A stretch of 63,794 bases of DNA, the filler included, from Aduncisulcus paluster (taxonomy: Eukaryota): assembly GCA_024181965.1 (NCBI GenBank). It is 11 parts of 11 records of this genome, joined end to end, with 100 filler letters (N's around TTAATTAATTAA, not from the genome) between each part and the next. Parts side by side here need not be neighbours in the genome. Positions count along the whole stretch, not along the records: positions 1 to 13,391 come from BQXS01011511.1; positions 13,492 to 21,967 come from BQXS01011514.1; positions 22,068 to 25,444 come from BQXS01011515.1; 8 more parts are not named here. One strand, written 5' to 3'. Below the pieces are notes generated by a model. It was not told the origin of the DNA, did not search any database, and worked only from the letters and a program-made list of their open reading frames with translations. The position numbers were made by a program, and so were the translations under genes. Within the stretch, counting starts at the first letter, position 1. Each line of letters begins with the position of its first letter. Of the stretch, positions 11,706-23,783 are shown piece after piece.

Positions 11706-12017
11706 ATGGCCAATGATAAGACGAAACAAATCAAAAAACTAAAAATTAAGGGAAAAGGGATGACCAAACCCGGAAATGTCAAGCGTTTAAGAGAACTGAA
11801 GGAAAAAAAAGCTAAACTGGACCTGATAAAAAAACTCAGGAGAGAGAAGGCAGAACGGCTCGAATTGGAACAACAACAAAGGAAAAAAGAACGAAGGGAA
11901 AAAGAACTCATGAAAATTGAGAATGAGAAGAAGGGTGAAGTTGTCCAGACAATATCTCTTAAAAAGGTAAGGAAGTTGTCAAAAAAACAATACCATGAAC
12001 AGATTCGAAAGATATAA
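11706..12017 (+). CDS. CCDC86: CCDC86/Cgr1-like small basic nucleolar protein (5' part also duplicated at 11446-11509)
   Basis: C-terminus ENEKKGEVVQTISLKKVRKLSKKQ resembles the CCDC86 motif ENERKAEVVQVI...KKKQ. Confidence 0.65.
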   Translation: MANDKTKQIKKLKIKGKGMTKPGNVKRLRELKEKKAKLDLIKKLRREKAERLELEQQQRKKERREKELMKIENEKKGEVVQTISLKKVRKLSKKQYHEQIRKI

Positions 12018-12362
12018 CGCCCTTCTAGCGAGAAAAAATATTTGGAATCTTATTATACCCAAATGTTACATGAATCATGTTCCAATGTGGCTATTATTTT
12101 TGCCATAGGATAACAGTGGGGCAGTAATTCCATAATGGTTGAGCGTTGACATTATCTAAAGTCGCTGAGAAGGACCTTGTTTCCTTTTATAGCTGTATAC
12201 TACGGAAATACGCTAATTGGTCGCATTGAATGGGGAAGGAAATATAATTGCAATAAATTTATTGGTTTATATATATTCAATTGATTTTTTAAAATTTCTA
12301 GTTATTTCATTAATGCGAACCCCCACAAAATCATAAATTACATTTTTCTTCGGAAGCTAGAA

Positions 12363-13091
12363 ATGAAAAGGGAAGATAAATATGAATCTAGCCAGAAAAA
12401 AGCATCCTATGAAGTTTCATATGATAGTAGTGATGAATATGAAGAATCTTGGCTCACTGAGTTTCTTTCCAGTAATTCCCAGTATAAAGCGTTAGTTAGA
12501 ATACCATCTGGATATTTTAGGGATGCATTCAATCTGACAGGGCTTGATGTTAAGATTCCATACTATCATGATGTTATTAAAATGATTAGAAATGAGGAGA
12601 ATACTGATAATGTGTCTTTGCAGCGATCTGCTGCTGTGTGTTATGCTTTAGTACATCAAAGATTTTGTTTATCAAGTCATGGTCTATCTCAAGCGGAAAA
12701 ATTATACCATAAAGGTGTTTTTGGAACTTGTCCCAACCTAAGTTGTGAAGATTCTCATGTCTTGCCTGTCGGCATTAGCGATGAACCTGGAGTTTCTAGT
12801 TTGCATGTATATTGTCCAAGATGTCATAAAACATATAAAAGTAGTACATTTTCAAGCATGGATGGGTGTTTCTACGGAACGACATTTCCTCATATGTTTG
12901 GTTTAGTATATCCCGAAATATTTATTCACGAACCGCCAATATCACATTGTCCTCTTGTATTTGGAATGGGGGTGGCTAAAAAATCAGATATTGATCGAGT
13001 TGAAGCAAAGATGAAAGAGAGGGCCGAGAAGGGAATAGAAATCCCTTTAGAAATGATTCAATTATTTAAATACACCGATAAAACTAAATAA
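12363..13091 (+). CDS. CSNK2B: Casein kinase II regulatory (beta) subunit
   Basis: SWLTEF, DAFNLTGL, YALVHQRF, FGTCPNLSC, LPVGISD, YCPRC and DGCFYGTTFPHM. Confidence 0.95.
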   Translation: MKREDKYESSQKKASYEVSYDSSDEYEESWLTEFLSSNSQYKALVRIPSGYFRDAFNLTGLDVKIPYYHDVIKMIRNEENTDNVSLQRSAAVCYALVHQRFCLSSHGLSQAEKLYHKGVFGTCPNLSCEDSHVLPVGISDEPGVSSLHVYCPRCHKTYKSSTFSSMDGCFYGTTFPHMFGLVYPEIFIHEPPISHCPLVFGMGVAKKSDIDRVEAKMKERAEKGIEIPLEMIQLFKYTDKTK

Positions 13092-13391
13092 AATGGTGCA
13101 GTATATTCTGTACCAGCTGTTGATTTCTTGATTGTTGCATGCATCATGCAACTTGTTTGGGTTTCCGAAACCTCAGGAGGCTCCTGATCGAAGGTTGAAT
13201 CAAATTTCAATTTATTTCCAAATAATCTTCTCCTTACAACCCTGGAGGTTTATCTTCCTTCACCTGTCTCCTTCTCCCCCTAAGAATGTTGATATTCCAG
13301 ATATCACTGAGTTTAAGTTCTTTCTTCTTTGATGAAGTTGAACTCGACACCGGTACTTGTGTTCCCCAGGCACTTTCCTTTGATTCTACAG

Positions 13392-13491
13392 NNNNNNNNN
13401 NNNNNNNNNNNNNNNNNNNNNNNNNNNNNNNNNNNTTAATTAATTAANNNNNNNNNNNNNNNNNNNNNNNNNNNNNNNNNNNNNNNNNNNN
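13392..13491. other. Artificial contig linker N44-TTAATTAATTAA-N44 (also at 21968, 25445, 32854, 40498, 43000, 49970, 53095, 57297, 61265)
   Basis: Identical 100-nt spacer with six-frame stops repeated ten times; genes are truncated at it. Confidence 0.98.
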
Positions 13492-13874
13492 ATATCTATG
13501 GGGAACTCTTGCCAAGAATAAAGTGCTGTGTGCGGATTCATTTGATATTCCTTTGTTACCTTTTCTCCATCAGATGTTATGAATGTAGCATTGAAATCTT
13601 TGATTCCAGTTGGCCGATTATGATGACTAATAACAAACTTGCGAAGATAATGTGGTGTAATAAATGGGAGATATAAGTTGGGATAGAAATGAAGGGTACT
13701 TTCACCTCTTAAGAAGGCGGACAAATAACGAATATCATCACCAAGTTGAAAGTCAGCATGTGCTCTAGAACCATCTATCACCGATAGATCGATATGTTCA
13801 ACGGGATAATGGCCAATATAGATGCCCCAAAATGAGTGATCGCCATCAATAGTAACTTTCCCAACGATTTTCAT
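13492..13874 (-). CDS. Lineage-expanded hypothetical protein family member (3'-truncated by contig end)
   Basis: ORF runs into the linker. The LYLPF...FNATFITSDGEKVTKEY...WQEFPID pattern resembles a multicopy family I recall from Aduncisulcus; not verified. Confidence 0.5.
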
Positions 13875-14203
13875 AATAACCCAATCAATAAACGAATGGC
13901 CAATGGAGGATATAGAATATTTTTAAAAAAATGATATTTCCCGAAAAAATTAGGATGTAAACGCAAAATTATATCCCATATCCAAGGGAAAATGACAGTT
14001 GTTGAATTGGAGTCCAATTACGTTTGAAATATGAAATTCCATCGATGCAGAAGACATTGTGTTGCTCTGTGTTTCCAAAAAAGTATATTTATTTTATCCA
14101 GTCATGTTTATTCCCGGATTGGATGAAAAATAGATTGGTAACAAATTTTCCCCCAATTTTGCTGCAGGTAGACATCCAATCACACATTATACCATACTAT
14201 TCA

Positions 14204-14365
14204 ATGCCTTCAAACTCAAGAAGAGGAACTACTGATCTTAAACCTGTGAAGACAAAGAGTGGTTCACTCGACAAAAGATTCACTTCTCCCCAGTTTGTCA
14301 AAAAGGATGGTACAAGAGATATGAGAACTAAACGAACAGGAGAAAGGAAAAAACAAGGGAAATAG
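14204..14365 (+). CDS. Small basic 53-aa protein with two K.G..D.R motifs
   Basis: ATG 14204 in good A-rich context. Sequence MPSNSRRGTTDLKPVKTKSGSLDKRFTSPQFVKKDGTRDMRTKRTGERKKQGK. Confidence 0.65.
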   Translation: MPSNSRRGTTDLKPVKTKSGSLDKRFTSPQFVKKDGTRDMRTKRTGERKKQGK

Positions 14366-14588
14366 TGATTTCTGTTATCATTTATTTATATGACGGCAAA
14401 CTCTGTTATTGATACAATCTCTTGAAAAATAACAAAATTTGGGACGTTTGGGGCATTTGTCACGTAAAATTGTTATTTACTAAATAATTATTTAGTATAA
14501 TAAAGGATGATACGTCATAGATGTGTGAATTAACGTGACTGAATAATAATCGGATTATTAATGAATTACTGAATTGAGCATTTAATTT

Positions 14589-17500
14589 TCACCCCCCTGT
14601 GTTATTGCCTTTCGAGGTGGTAATATATGGTGGAGCCACTTTGTGGTTCGCAATAAATTGTCCTTCAAATTTTCTAATTTTCTCTTGTATCAGTGAATGA
14701 TGATCACTAAAATCTATTTCCTGTTCTTTCACCACAGCGAGGCTCGCTTCAAGGGATGCAATTTCTGTTTGTAAACGCTTCAATTCTTCACTCAGAAAAT
14801 CGAGTTTTTTTTCTTGTTTCCGAATCAATTTATGATTATGTTGCACACTTGAATAATCTGGTATTGACAGAGAACTTTGCATTTGATCGAATATCCTGTC
14901 AATTTGTGCAGCTTTTGCTCGCTTAATGACGTTATGGGGAGGAATCTTTGTCGAAAGAGGGGAAATAGCCGTCAAGAACACCACACCATGAATGACAAGG
15001 GATGAAACATCAGTATCAGCAATTATAATATCCTTTTCTTCCTCCTCCTCTTCCTCCTCCTCCTTTTCTCCTTGGAGTTTATCATCGTTGATTTCTTCTT
15101 TAATCGGCCCTTCAACCAATGAAGAATCAAAATCAACATCGTATCTTGTATATCTCATAATAAATTTTCTTTCACGGATGACTTTTGTTGTAGATCCTCT
15201 ATCCGGAATGATATCAATGTGAATTCGAATGACATCATTTGTGTCGATTTGAATACAATGCCAGAGCCATAAATTGAGCAAAGAAAGTCGATATTTCATA
15301 TGAAAAGAAGTCGAACATGTGTCAATGGTTATCAATAATAGAACATCCTTTGAAGAGGGAGAAGGAGGAGTTTGAAGGTACAAATCGTTGACATATCTGG
15401 GGTGAACGGTTTTCTTTATCTCTCTCTCTTCTCGTAGTCCCTCAAACGTTTCTTCGTCTTCTTTTCTTGCCCTTGGGGATTCTTCAGAACAACAAGAGTG
15501 CATGTATGAACCTAAACAGAACGTGGCGCCAGAAATAGGCACCCCTTTCATGCTTATTGACCCTTCTCTCGACGAACATATCTTCAAAAACTCTGGACAG
15601 ACCAATTCCTTGTCTCTTATCGTTTTAATATCACTCGAAAAAATGCACTGTGATCGTTGCGGAACAATAGGAATATAAAGTTTATCAATAAGATGATAAG
15701 AACCAGATTTTAATGCCTTTCCCTCTCAGATGTAAGTATATGAATATCGCTCAGGGGAGAACAGGTTGAAGACATCGAGCGAATAACAGCCGTCTCAAAA
15801 TTGTCATTTTCTCTCCCATCATCGTACTTTCCTTTGTCTTCAATGCCATCCGAGTAGAGAGGAATAATTCCAGGATAAGCCTTATGGAGATCATCAAATT
15901 GAGCCCTCTGAAGCAATAGTTCTTGTTTCAAGGGGGAAACTACCGTAGATTTCATGGATTCAATACGATTATAAATACTACCTTCACACNNNNNNNNNNN
16001 NNNNNNNNNATGATAAGAACCAGATTTTAATGCCTTTTCCCTCTCAGATGTAAGTATATGAATATCGCTCAGGGGAGAACAGGTTGAAGACATCGAGCGA
16101 ATAACAGCCGTCTCAAAATTGTCATTTTCTCTCCCATCATCGTACTTTCCTTTGTCTTCAATGCCATCCGAGTAGAGAGGAATAATTCCAGGATAAGCCT
16201 TATGGAGATCATCAAATTGAGCCCTCTGAAGCAATAGTTCTTGTTTCAAGGGGGAAACTACCGTAGATTTCATGGATTCAATACGATTATAAATACTACC
16301 TTCACACAAGACAGAGGAAGAGGAAGAAGAGGAAGAAGAGGAAGAGGAAGAAGAGGAGAAGGAAAGGTCTGGAATTTCGTGAGTTTCTTTATCATGTTGA
16401 ATTTGTGAGTGCACGTTTTCTTTCACAAAAGTCTGCACTCGTTTTATCAAAGAATTACCAACAAACCCCCTAGATTCACTGTATTTCATCCCTAACCTGC
16501 ACTTTCGTTGGAACTCTTCAAGGACGCTCATATAGAACCCCTGTATGGAAGTACTCAAGCAAGGAAATAAGCAACGAAGAGGGGGGGAGAGACAAGGTAT
16601 GGATGACAACGGATTATGTCCGTCAAAGAACAATACAAATGGAAGCTTCACAGAAGACGATGGATACTTCTTTAATAAACTAGAAAGAAGGGGAACGGAA
16701 GAACAACTGTTGGGATCGAATACTATTATGGAGGGTAAATAATCAATATTAAACTCTGGGTCGTTGGGATTATCCTCAATCTGACATACAAATGACTCAA
16801 TCGCTCGGAATATCGAGGCACCACCGGGATTCTTTGCCTCAATTGTATCAAAAGCCAAACAACACGACAGATCTGGCAGTGTGCGCTTGATATATTGTTT
16901 AAACTTATTAATTGATACGTTAATACATCCAATACGCACTGCAACCATCTCTAGTGGGGTGGCCATGTCATGTAGAACTCTTTTGGGTTTTTTATCAGAT
17001 ACACAAGAAGAAATCTCCAGAGCATCAAAGACATGAAAGGACACATATAGATGGCATGTACGGAGGATACTTACATGTAATGGGGATTCAGATCTCACAA
17101 CGACCGACTTACTTGATGAAAATAGAGGAATGATCACTGAGGTAGAAGATTCAATATCAGATTCACTTACAGTCACATATTGCTCATGGAATGAATGCTC
17201 GTGGAATGGATACGAACAGCTGTGTCCCGATCGTCCTGATACAATGCTATGTTGGTCACCTTTCTCCTGCTCTAAAAGACGCGACGCAGCATCAATAATC
17301 CTCACAAAATACCTGGGAGTCCTTCCGTTGAATACTACACCGAACTCGTCTGATAGAAACAAGAAAGAATTACCGGATATCCGGAGAAGAACTCTGTCCG
17401 TTCTAGAATCTTTCCATGAACATAGAACAATTTCATTCGTGGTCAGTTGAAGGGCAAATGCAGTTCCACTCGGAGAAAACTTAAGAAATACAGGTTTTGA

Positions 17501-18878
17501 ACCCAAAGTAACGTCTGTAAAATCGTCAACTTTATCAAATTCTTCAATTTTTTTCTGAGATTCCAGTAAAAGCAGCCTCAAATTAGAATCGAGAATTCGA
17601 CCTTCATTCAAATCGATGAAGACTGGCATGGTCTGCCCTGAATCACACACAATAATGTCCTTTGTTGGATATGAATGGATAGAAATCTTTGTTTTCGAGG
17701 GAGAAATGTGACTGATCAGCTTANNNNNNNNNNNNNNNNNNNNCTGATACAATGCTATGTTGGTCACCTTTCTCCTGCTCTAAAAGACGCGACGCAGCAT
17801 CAATAATCCTCCCAAAATACCTGGGAGTCCTTCCGTTGAATACTACACCGAACTCGTCTGATAGAAACAAGAAAGAATTACCGGATATCCGGAGAAGAAC
17901 TCTGTCCGTTCTAGAATCTTTCCATGAACATAGAACAATTTCATTCGTGGTCAGTTGAAGGGCAAATGCAGTTCCACTCGGAGAAAACTTAAGAAATACA
18001 GGTTTTGAACCCAAAGTAACGTCTGTAAAATCGTCAACTTTATCAAATTCTTCAATTTTTTTCTGAGATTCCAGTAAAAGCATCCTCAAATTAGAATCGA
18101 GAATTCGACCTTCATTCAAATCGATGAAGACTGGCATGGTCTGCCCTGAATCACACACAATAATGTCCTTTGTTGGATATGAATGGATAGAAATCTTTGT
18201 TTTCGAGGGAGAAATGTGACTGATCAGCTTATACTGGAAAGAGGATAAAACAGTCCCATCATCAGGAGAAATCGTGCTAAAAACAAGGATTTGGTTATAT
18301 TTTTCACAGTCAGACTTTAAATGACAAACACAAAACTTTCCTGAATGTAAAGAAAGGTATACACGGTGTGAGAATGAAGAGAAGGGGGTGAATCCTTCAA
18401 GAGTATGCAAGTTGCCAGAAGGATGATGGTGCATCACGAGGTTATTTTCTCCAGCCGAAAAAAGAATAACAGGATCTCCCTCGGAATCAAAAGAAATTGA
18501 AGGATAAGAGGGGGAAGGAATACATTTAACCTGTTCAAAGGTTTCCGATTCAAAATCAATAATAACAAAAGCATAATCACCATCCACAATTTTAACACAG
18601 CATACACATATCGGTTTTAACAACGAAAATGAACAAAAAAATAAAGATTCTACATTAGGAATGTCACAATTGAAATAGGTTTCTTTATCTAACCTTAAGC
18701 AAGTAAATGGTTGTTTAGAAATATAAAGTATTAGATTTTTATGTTTTATATCAAATTTTGGCACAATAACTTCTATATTATTCTTTTCTAGAAGAGCCAA
18801 CACATAGTTGTAAAAATCATTAGAACTCAAGTCTAAAACAACATCTCTATATATTTGTTGAAACGATTCTTTCTCCAT
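14589..18878 (-). CDS. Large hypothetical protein (one gene split into three ORFs by gap duplications and a 1-bp indel); possible N-terminal beta-propeller and C-terminal coiled coil
   Basis: ORFs 17721-18878, 15710-17767 and 14589-15605 overlap through duplicated segments. The copy at ~16035 has 4 T (ERE-KALKSGSYH); with that fourth T the frame continues LIDKLYIP...KELVCPEF. The copy at ~15718 has only 3 T. Confidence 0.7.
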
Positions 18879-18986
18879 GAGGTATTGGCAAAATCATATA
18901 TGTTGTCAAACCCAAGTTTTTTTACTTTTTGCAGTTTTGTCTCATTCATTTATACTTGTTAAAAAATATCGATAATATTATCAAAT

Positions 18987-21967
18987 ATGAGTGATTTAGA
19001 TGAACAAAAAACGGATTATTTAAATCTTAGTGGATTAAATCTCAAAGATATTCTCTTTTTGAATATATATGAATATTTACATACATTGGTGATAAATGAT
19101 AATAATATTTCTATTTTACCAGATTCGTTAAGGTTTAATGAAGAGTTATTTAACATATTTGCTGGGAGAAATAAGCTTGAGGATGTCCGTGCTCTTATCC
19201 GGTTCTCTTCACTTGGATTTGTTGATTTATCGCACAATAATTTATCTCTTAATGCATTACTAGAACTTAGAACTATTCAGATTATGTCTCTTGATGTTTC
19301 CAACAATCCAGGGATAAAAGAATTATATGATCATCTCTGTCAGATAATAGATCTTCCTGATTCCCCTCCGAGCTCTTGTGTTCTATCAGATATTGATATT
19401 GTCCGTCTTGCTTTGATTGTTCTCCTCCCTCGTGTGTGGAGTTTCAATGGACGAGTTGTTACTACAATGGAGCGAGATCGAGCCCATCGAATCGTTTATT
19501 CTAAATTTTATGCACATCCCCCCGAATATATTCCATTCAATTTTCTTGAAACATATCCTTCAAATGGTGATATCAGTGTTGGTGCTGTGAAGAAGATAAA
19601 ACGGAGTGTATTGAGAAAATTAGTTACAAAATTTGATAGAAATAGATTTGAACAGTTATTTCCTCCCTCAAAAGTCTCAAAAGGTGGTAAATTGACTGAT
19701 AGAAAACACAGTAATGCCCTCCTTGCATTGATCCATACTATAACAACCCAGAGAGCTCTTGACCAAAAAAGACTCTCTGCTCCTCCTCCTCCATGCCCTG
19801 CTTTCTCCCTTTCTTCAGCCAATATCAAGAGAACCTGCGTTTCTCAACGAGACATGCGACTCTTCTTCACTCTCCCTCTTCACACCCTCCTCAAATATAT
19901 TCCAAAACCATTCAACACCGATTTACTTCTATTTTTAGCCTGTTCAACGATATTACCCATTCCTCAGGAGCTTTGTAGTAGAGTGATTAGCTGTATTTTG
20001 AGAGCTATACCTCGAAGAGTGTGTGTTCCAGCTCTTGTTCCCGAGACTATGTATGTGGGTGGCTTTGCACCTTTGGTTACGATCGCTGGACGTGACATTA
20101 CTCCTCTACATCCACTTCCCCTATTATTCTCTACTGCACCGCAATTCCTTGTGAACTCATTCATATCTGTCTCCCTCCCTTTCTTGGCATCTGATCCTTT
20201 CCAGCATCTGTCCTTCATTTCCGACCATGAGGATGAGCTATTTACAAAGACGGAGAAATCATTCGACGCCTCTTCCGGCATTCGTGGTATTCGAGGCATT
20301 TCAACAGATACAATCCTTGATCCTTCATTTGCTATGCCCGGAACAGACATTTCTTCGCATGAAACTATGCCGTCGACCAGTAATGTTTCCATTGACGAAA
20401 CAGCCGTGACAGGAGAGTCATTGTTATTACGCAGGTCTGATATGGGTAAGTCTTCACTCAGTTCTTCTCAAAATGTGATGAGAATGTCTAAAAATAGACA
20501 AGATCTGATCTCTCATAAAAAAATGGCCAAGTCAAGAGATATGTCCGCTTCTTCTTCCGTGTCGTCTGGTGAAGATATTTCATATCTTTCCATGACCCTC
20601 AAGACTGTTAAATCCTTTCTATTTTCTACATCTATCGTTGATCGAGTGTCTTTATTATCACAAAAAGATGCCTTAAAAGCCTCTGATAATCCTTCTCTTG
20701 TCCTCAGTCATGAATGTCTATATCCTGTCCCTGGTGAAAGTGCTGATAGGCATTTCTTTACAAATATATCCGGGTACGTTTCAGATGGCATTGGTCCTCC
20801 AAAAACAACCGAGCAGAGGTTTAATACAATTATTGCACTCAAAATATGCAGATATTGTGTGTTAAAATATGCCAACAAACCTACCCTTAACTATCTCCCT
20901 GAGTATATGAAAGTAGGGTTCGATGTGGTTGCAAGAAATGGTCGTAGAGATATTGACGCCACCACTGGAAAGATACTGAAGAAACCTGTAAAATTATCTC
21001 CAGCTGTTCCTAATTCTCAACACAAGAGCATTGATGGTTATCCTAGATCTTCAGTCCATCAAATTGGTTCTTCCTCTCCTTCTTCCCCTGCCCAAGCTAC
21101 TGCTTCCTCTACTCTTAAGAATTCTTCGGTGGCCTCTCAAGTGTCCTCCTTCTCTAAAAAAGAGAAGAAAAGGAAAGAATTCCTTGGTAAACAAGCCCAG
21201 AGGGAGATTGATCGAATGAATCAAGATATCATTGACACCCGTAGAGGAGCGGGAATACCATTTGTGACTTCCCGACGAATAACTTCTCTTCCTACACTTC
21301 AAATCCACGGTGTATCCTCTGAGCACACCATTACTACACGTGCTCTGACCTCTGCTATCGTCCTTGGGAAGGATAAACCAGCCAGTAGAGTGGCGGAAAG
21401 AGTGTATATCTGTTCCACCCCCCCACTTTTGACTTGGGAAGGAGCGAACTGTGAAAATGCAAAGCGTAGTCAGATGAGACGGCGTGCTCACACAGATGTG
21501 ATGGTTAGGAAACGATTAGAAAGAATGGAGGAAGAAGAACGGCAGCGGAAGAAACAAATTGAGGAGGCTGAGCAACATGATAGAGAAATCATGCAAAGGG
21601 AAGAGGAGGAAGAAGAGGAAGAAGAAGAGATCGAAAGGAAAGGAGAGGTGTTGCCGACAAAGCCTCAACTTCATCCATCAAACAAAGAATTAGAAAAAAC
21701 GAATCAAATCACTCAAGCAATCCCTTCTGAGAATGCCGGAAAAAAGAGTGCTCAGCCATCTGGAACCCACGCACTAAATCGTGATCTTTCTGAGCGAATT
21801 TTGGATAAACAAAAGGTTCTTTCTAGTTCCGGCAAACCAAGAGTTCCTCTCCGTCAATCAACTATGTTTTCACGGGACTTTCATCCATCAGATCATCATC
21901 AAGCTCCGCGGATTAATCAATTCTCCAAGGTATTTCAATCATTCACATCCCATTCCCAACCTTCTGT
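18987..21967 (+). CDS. Leucine-rich repeat protein (3'-truncated)
   Basis: N-terminal LRRs LNLSGLNL, LVINDNNI, VDLSHNNL, LDVSNNP and a cap LPRVWSFNGRVVT. Confidence 0.75.
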
Positions 21968-22069
21968 NNNNNNNNNNNNNNNNNNNNNNNNNNNNNNNNN
22001 NNNNNNNNNNNTTAATTAATTAANNNNNNNNNNNNNNNNNNNNNNNNNNNNNNNNNNNNNNNNNNNNAT

Positions 22070-23245
22070 GGTAGTGATATTATTGGTGAAGTTGACGGTG
22101 GTGATCGATCTGATTCTTCTCAGGCCGAGCAGGATGCAGAAGAGGATGAGGAGATTGATATGGATGGAGATGATACTGGATCTCTTGGTCAAGACGAGCA
22201 TGTGTGTGCGGTTGAATCAACCCAAGACAATGACTTGGAAATGGATGGTGCCGATGATACCAAACAAGCCACTGTGAGTGTCTCAATTGAAATCGATGAA
22301 GAAGAGGAGAGTGAGGAGAAAGTTAAAGTGGAAGAGGAGGAAGATGACGAAGGGAAGAGCGTTTATTATGGGGAAGATGACACTGAAGTTGAAGAGAATG
22401 AGAAAGTTGAAATGTTGTGCCAATTGGCTGATGTTTTGGAGGAGATTGAAATGGATGGAGATGATACTGGATCTCTTGGTCAAGACGAGCATGTGTGTGC
22501 GGTTGAATCAACCCAAGACAATGACTTGGAAATGGATGGTGCCGATGATACCAAACAAGCCACTGTGAGTGTCTCAATTGAAATCGATGAAGAAGAGGAG
22601 AGTGAGGAGAAAGTTAAAGTGGAAGAGGAGGAAGATGACGAAGGGAAGAGCGTTTATTATGGGGAAGATGACACTGAAGTTGAAGAGAATGAGAAAGTTG
22701 AAATGTTGTGCCAATTGGCTGATGTTTTGGAGGAGATTGAAAGTGTTGCGGATAAAGACACTGAAGAAGATGAGGATGATGTTGAACCTGTTATTCACAC
22801 TCCTGCCTTGGCATCGCCTACAACTGTTCATCCTTTAGCTACTCATCAAGAGGCATCTTCCGCTCACACGACGCAATCTACGGTCACTACTTCTTCATCA
22901 TTCAGCTCATGCATTGAAAATGTACAGGGCGATTCCAGGGAGAGTACAAGAATTTCATCTGCCTCTGGAACAGTCGAATTGTGCAACGAAGAAAATGATT
23001 CTGAGATTTCACACAATTTATGTCGAAGAATCGAAGGTTTAAGAGCCTATCTGGAAAAAGAGCTTGGGTTTGATAAATTTGTTGATGCCTACAAAATATT
23101 GGCTGAGATTGACACATCTGATGAATCTCTCATCGAAAGTGAGTTGAAAGTTGTTTTGAAAACTGAAGTCGAGCGTGGATTTGTGTCTTTAATTCAACAA
23201 TTGATATTTTGTGAGGATAGATTTTATCATTATCGCGCAGTGTAA
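22070..23245 (+). CDS. C-terminal part of a NEK1-like kinase (5'-truncated)
   Basis: Acidic region followed by RIEGLRAYLEKELGFDKFVDAYKIL...LIQQLIFCED, resembling the conserved NEK1-family C-terminal domain. The kinase domain is not in this contig. Confidence 0.65.
   Translation, partial: GSDIIGEVDGGDRSDSSQAEQDAEEDEEIDMDGDDTGSLGQDEHVCAVESTQDNDLEMDGADDTKQATVSVSIEIDEEEESEEKVKVEEEEDDEGKSVYYGEDDTEVEENEKVEMLCQLADVLEEIEMDGDDTGSLGQDEHVCAVESTQDNDLEMDGADDTKQATVSVSIEIDEEEESEEKVKVEEEEDDEGKSVYYGEDDTEVEENEKVEMLCQLADVLEEIESVADKDTEEDEDDVEPVIHTPALASPTTVHPLATHQEASSAHTTQSTVTTSSSFSSCIENVQGDSRESTRISSASGTVELCNEENDSEISHNLCRRIEGLRAYLEKELGFDKFVDAYKILAEIDTSDESLIESELKVVLKTEVERGFVSLIQQLIFCEDRFYHYRAV
22150..22740 (+). 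repeat. 291-bp (97-codon) near-perfect tandem duplication
   Basis: GGAGATTGA(T/A)ATGGATGGAGATGATACTGG begins at 22150 and 22441; a third junction GGAGATTGAAAG is at ~22732. No gap lies inside it. Confidence 0.95.
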
Positions 23246-23783
23246 AGTAATATACGTTAATATAATAATCCGTATAATTGGATAGACTCGAACAATGAAT
23301 GGGATGGTTCTTATTTATTGTTTCTCACTCCTATTTATAATTAATAATCCTCTTTCATGTGAATTTTATACCTCCTGACAATGACCAATATGAATTGATG
23401 ATTTCTAACGAGAATCTGAGTCTGAAATCACATCACCTTTTTTTTGTGACTTCATATTCGAACTGATAGTAAATTTTTGTGTTTTGAAATTTTCATAAAT
23501 GCCAAAGAATTTGAGTTGAAAACCCAATCGATTTTAAAACCTTTATTATGCGTTAAAATCCATCATAAAAACATTATATTGAGGCCACTCAAATATTTTC
23601 TGGGTAGATGATCAAAATAGTCAAAGAATGCTTCCAATCCAACAGACTAAAGAAAATCAGATTTAGTATGGATCCTTTTCTCCCTTTATCATATTATATT
23701 ATAATTTATAATAATTAAAATATAATATTAATATCGATAACAAAAAAAAAAAAAAAAAATGACAAGACGAACTGATGATTTCA

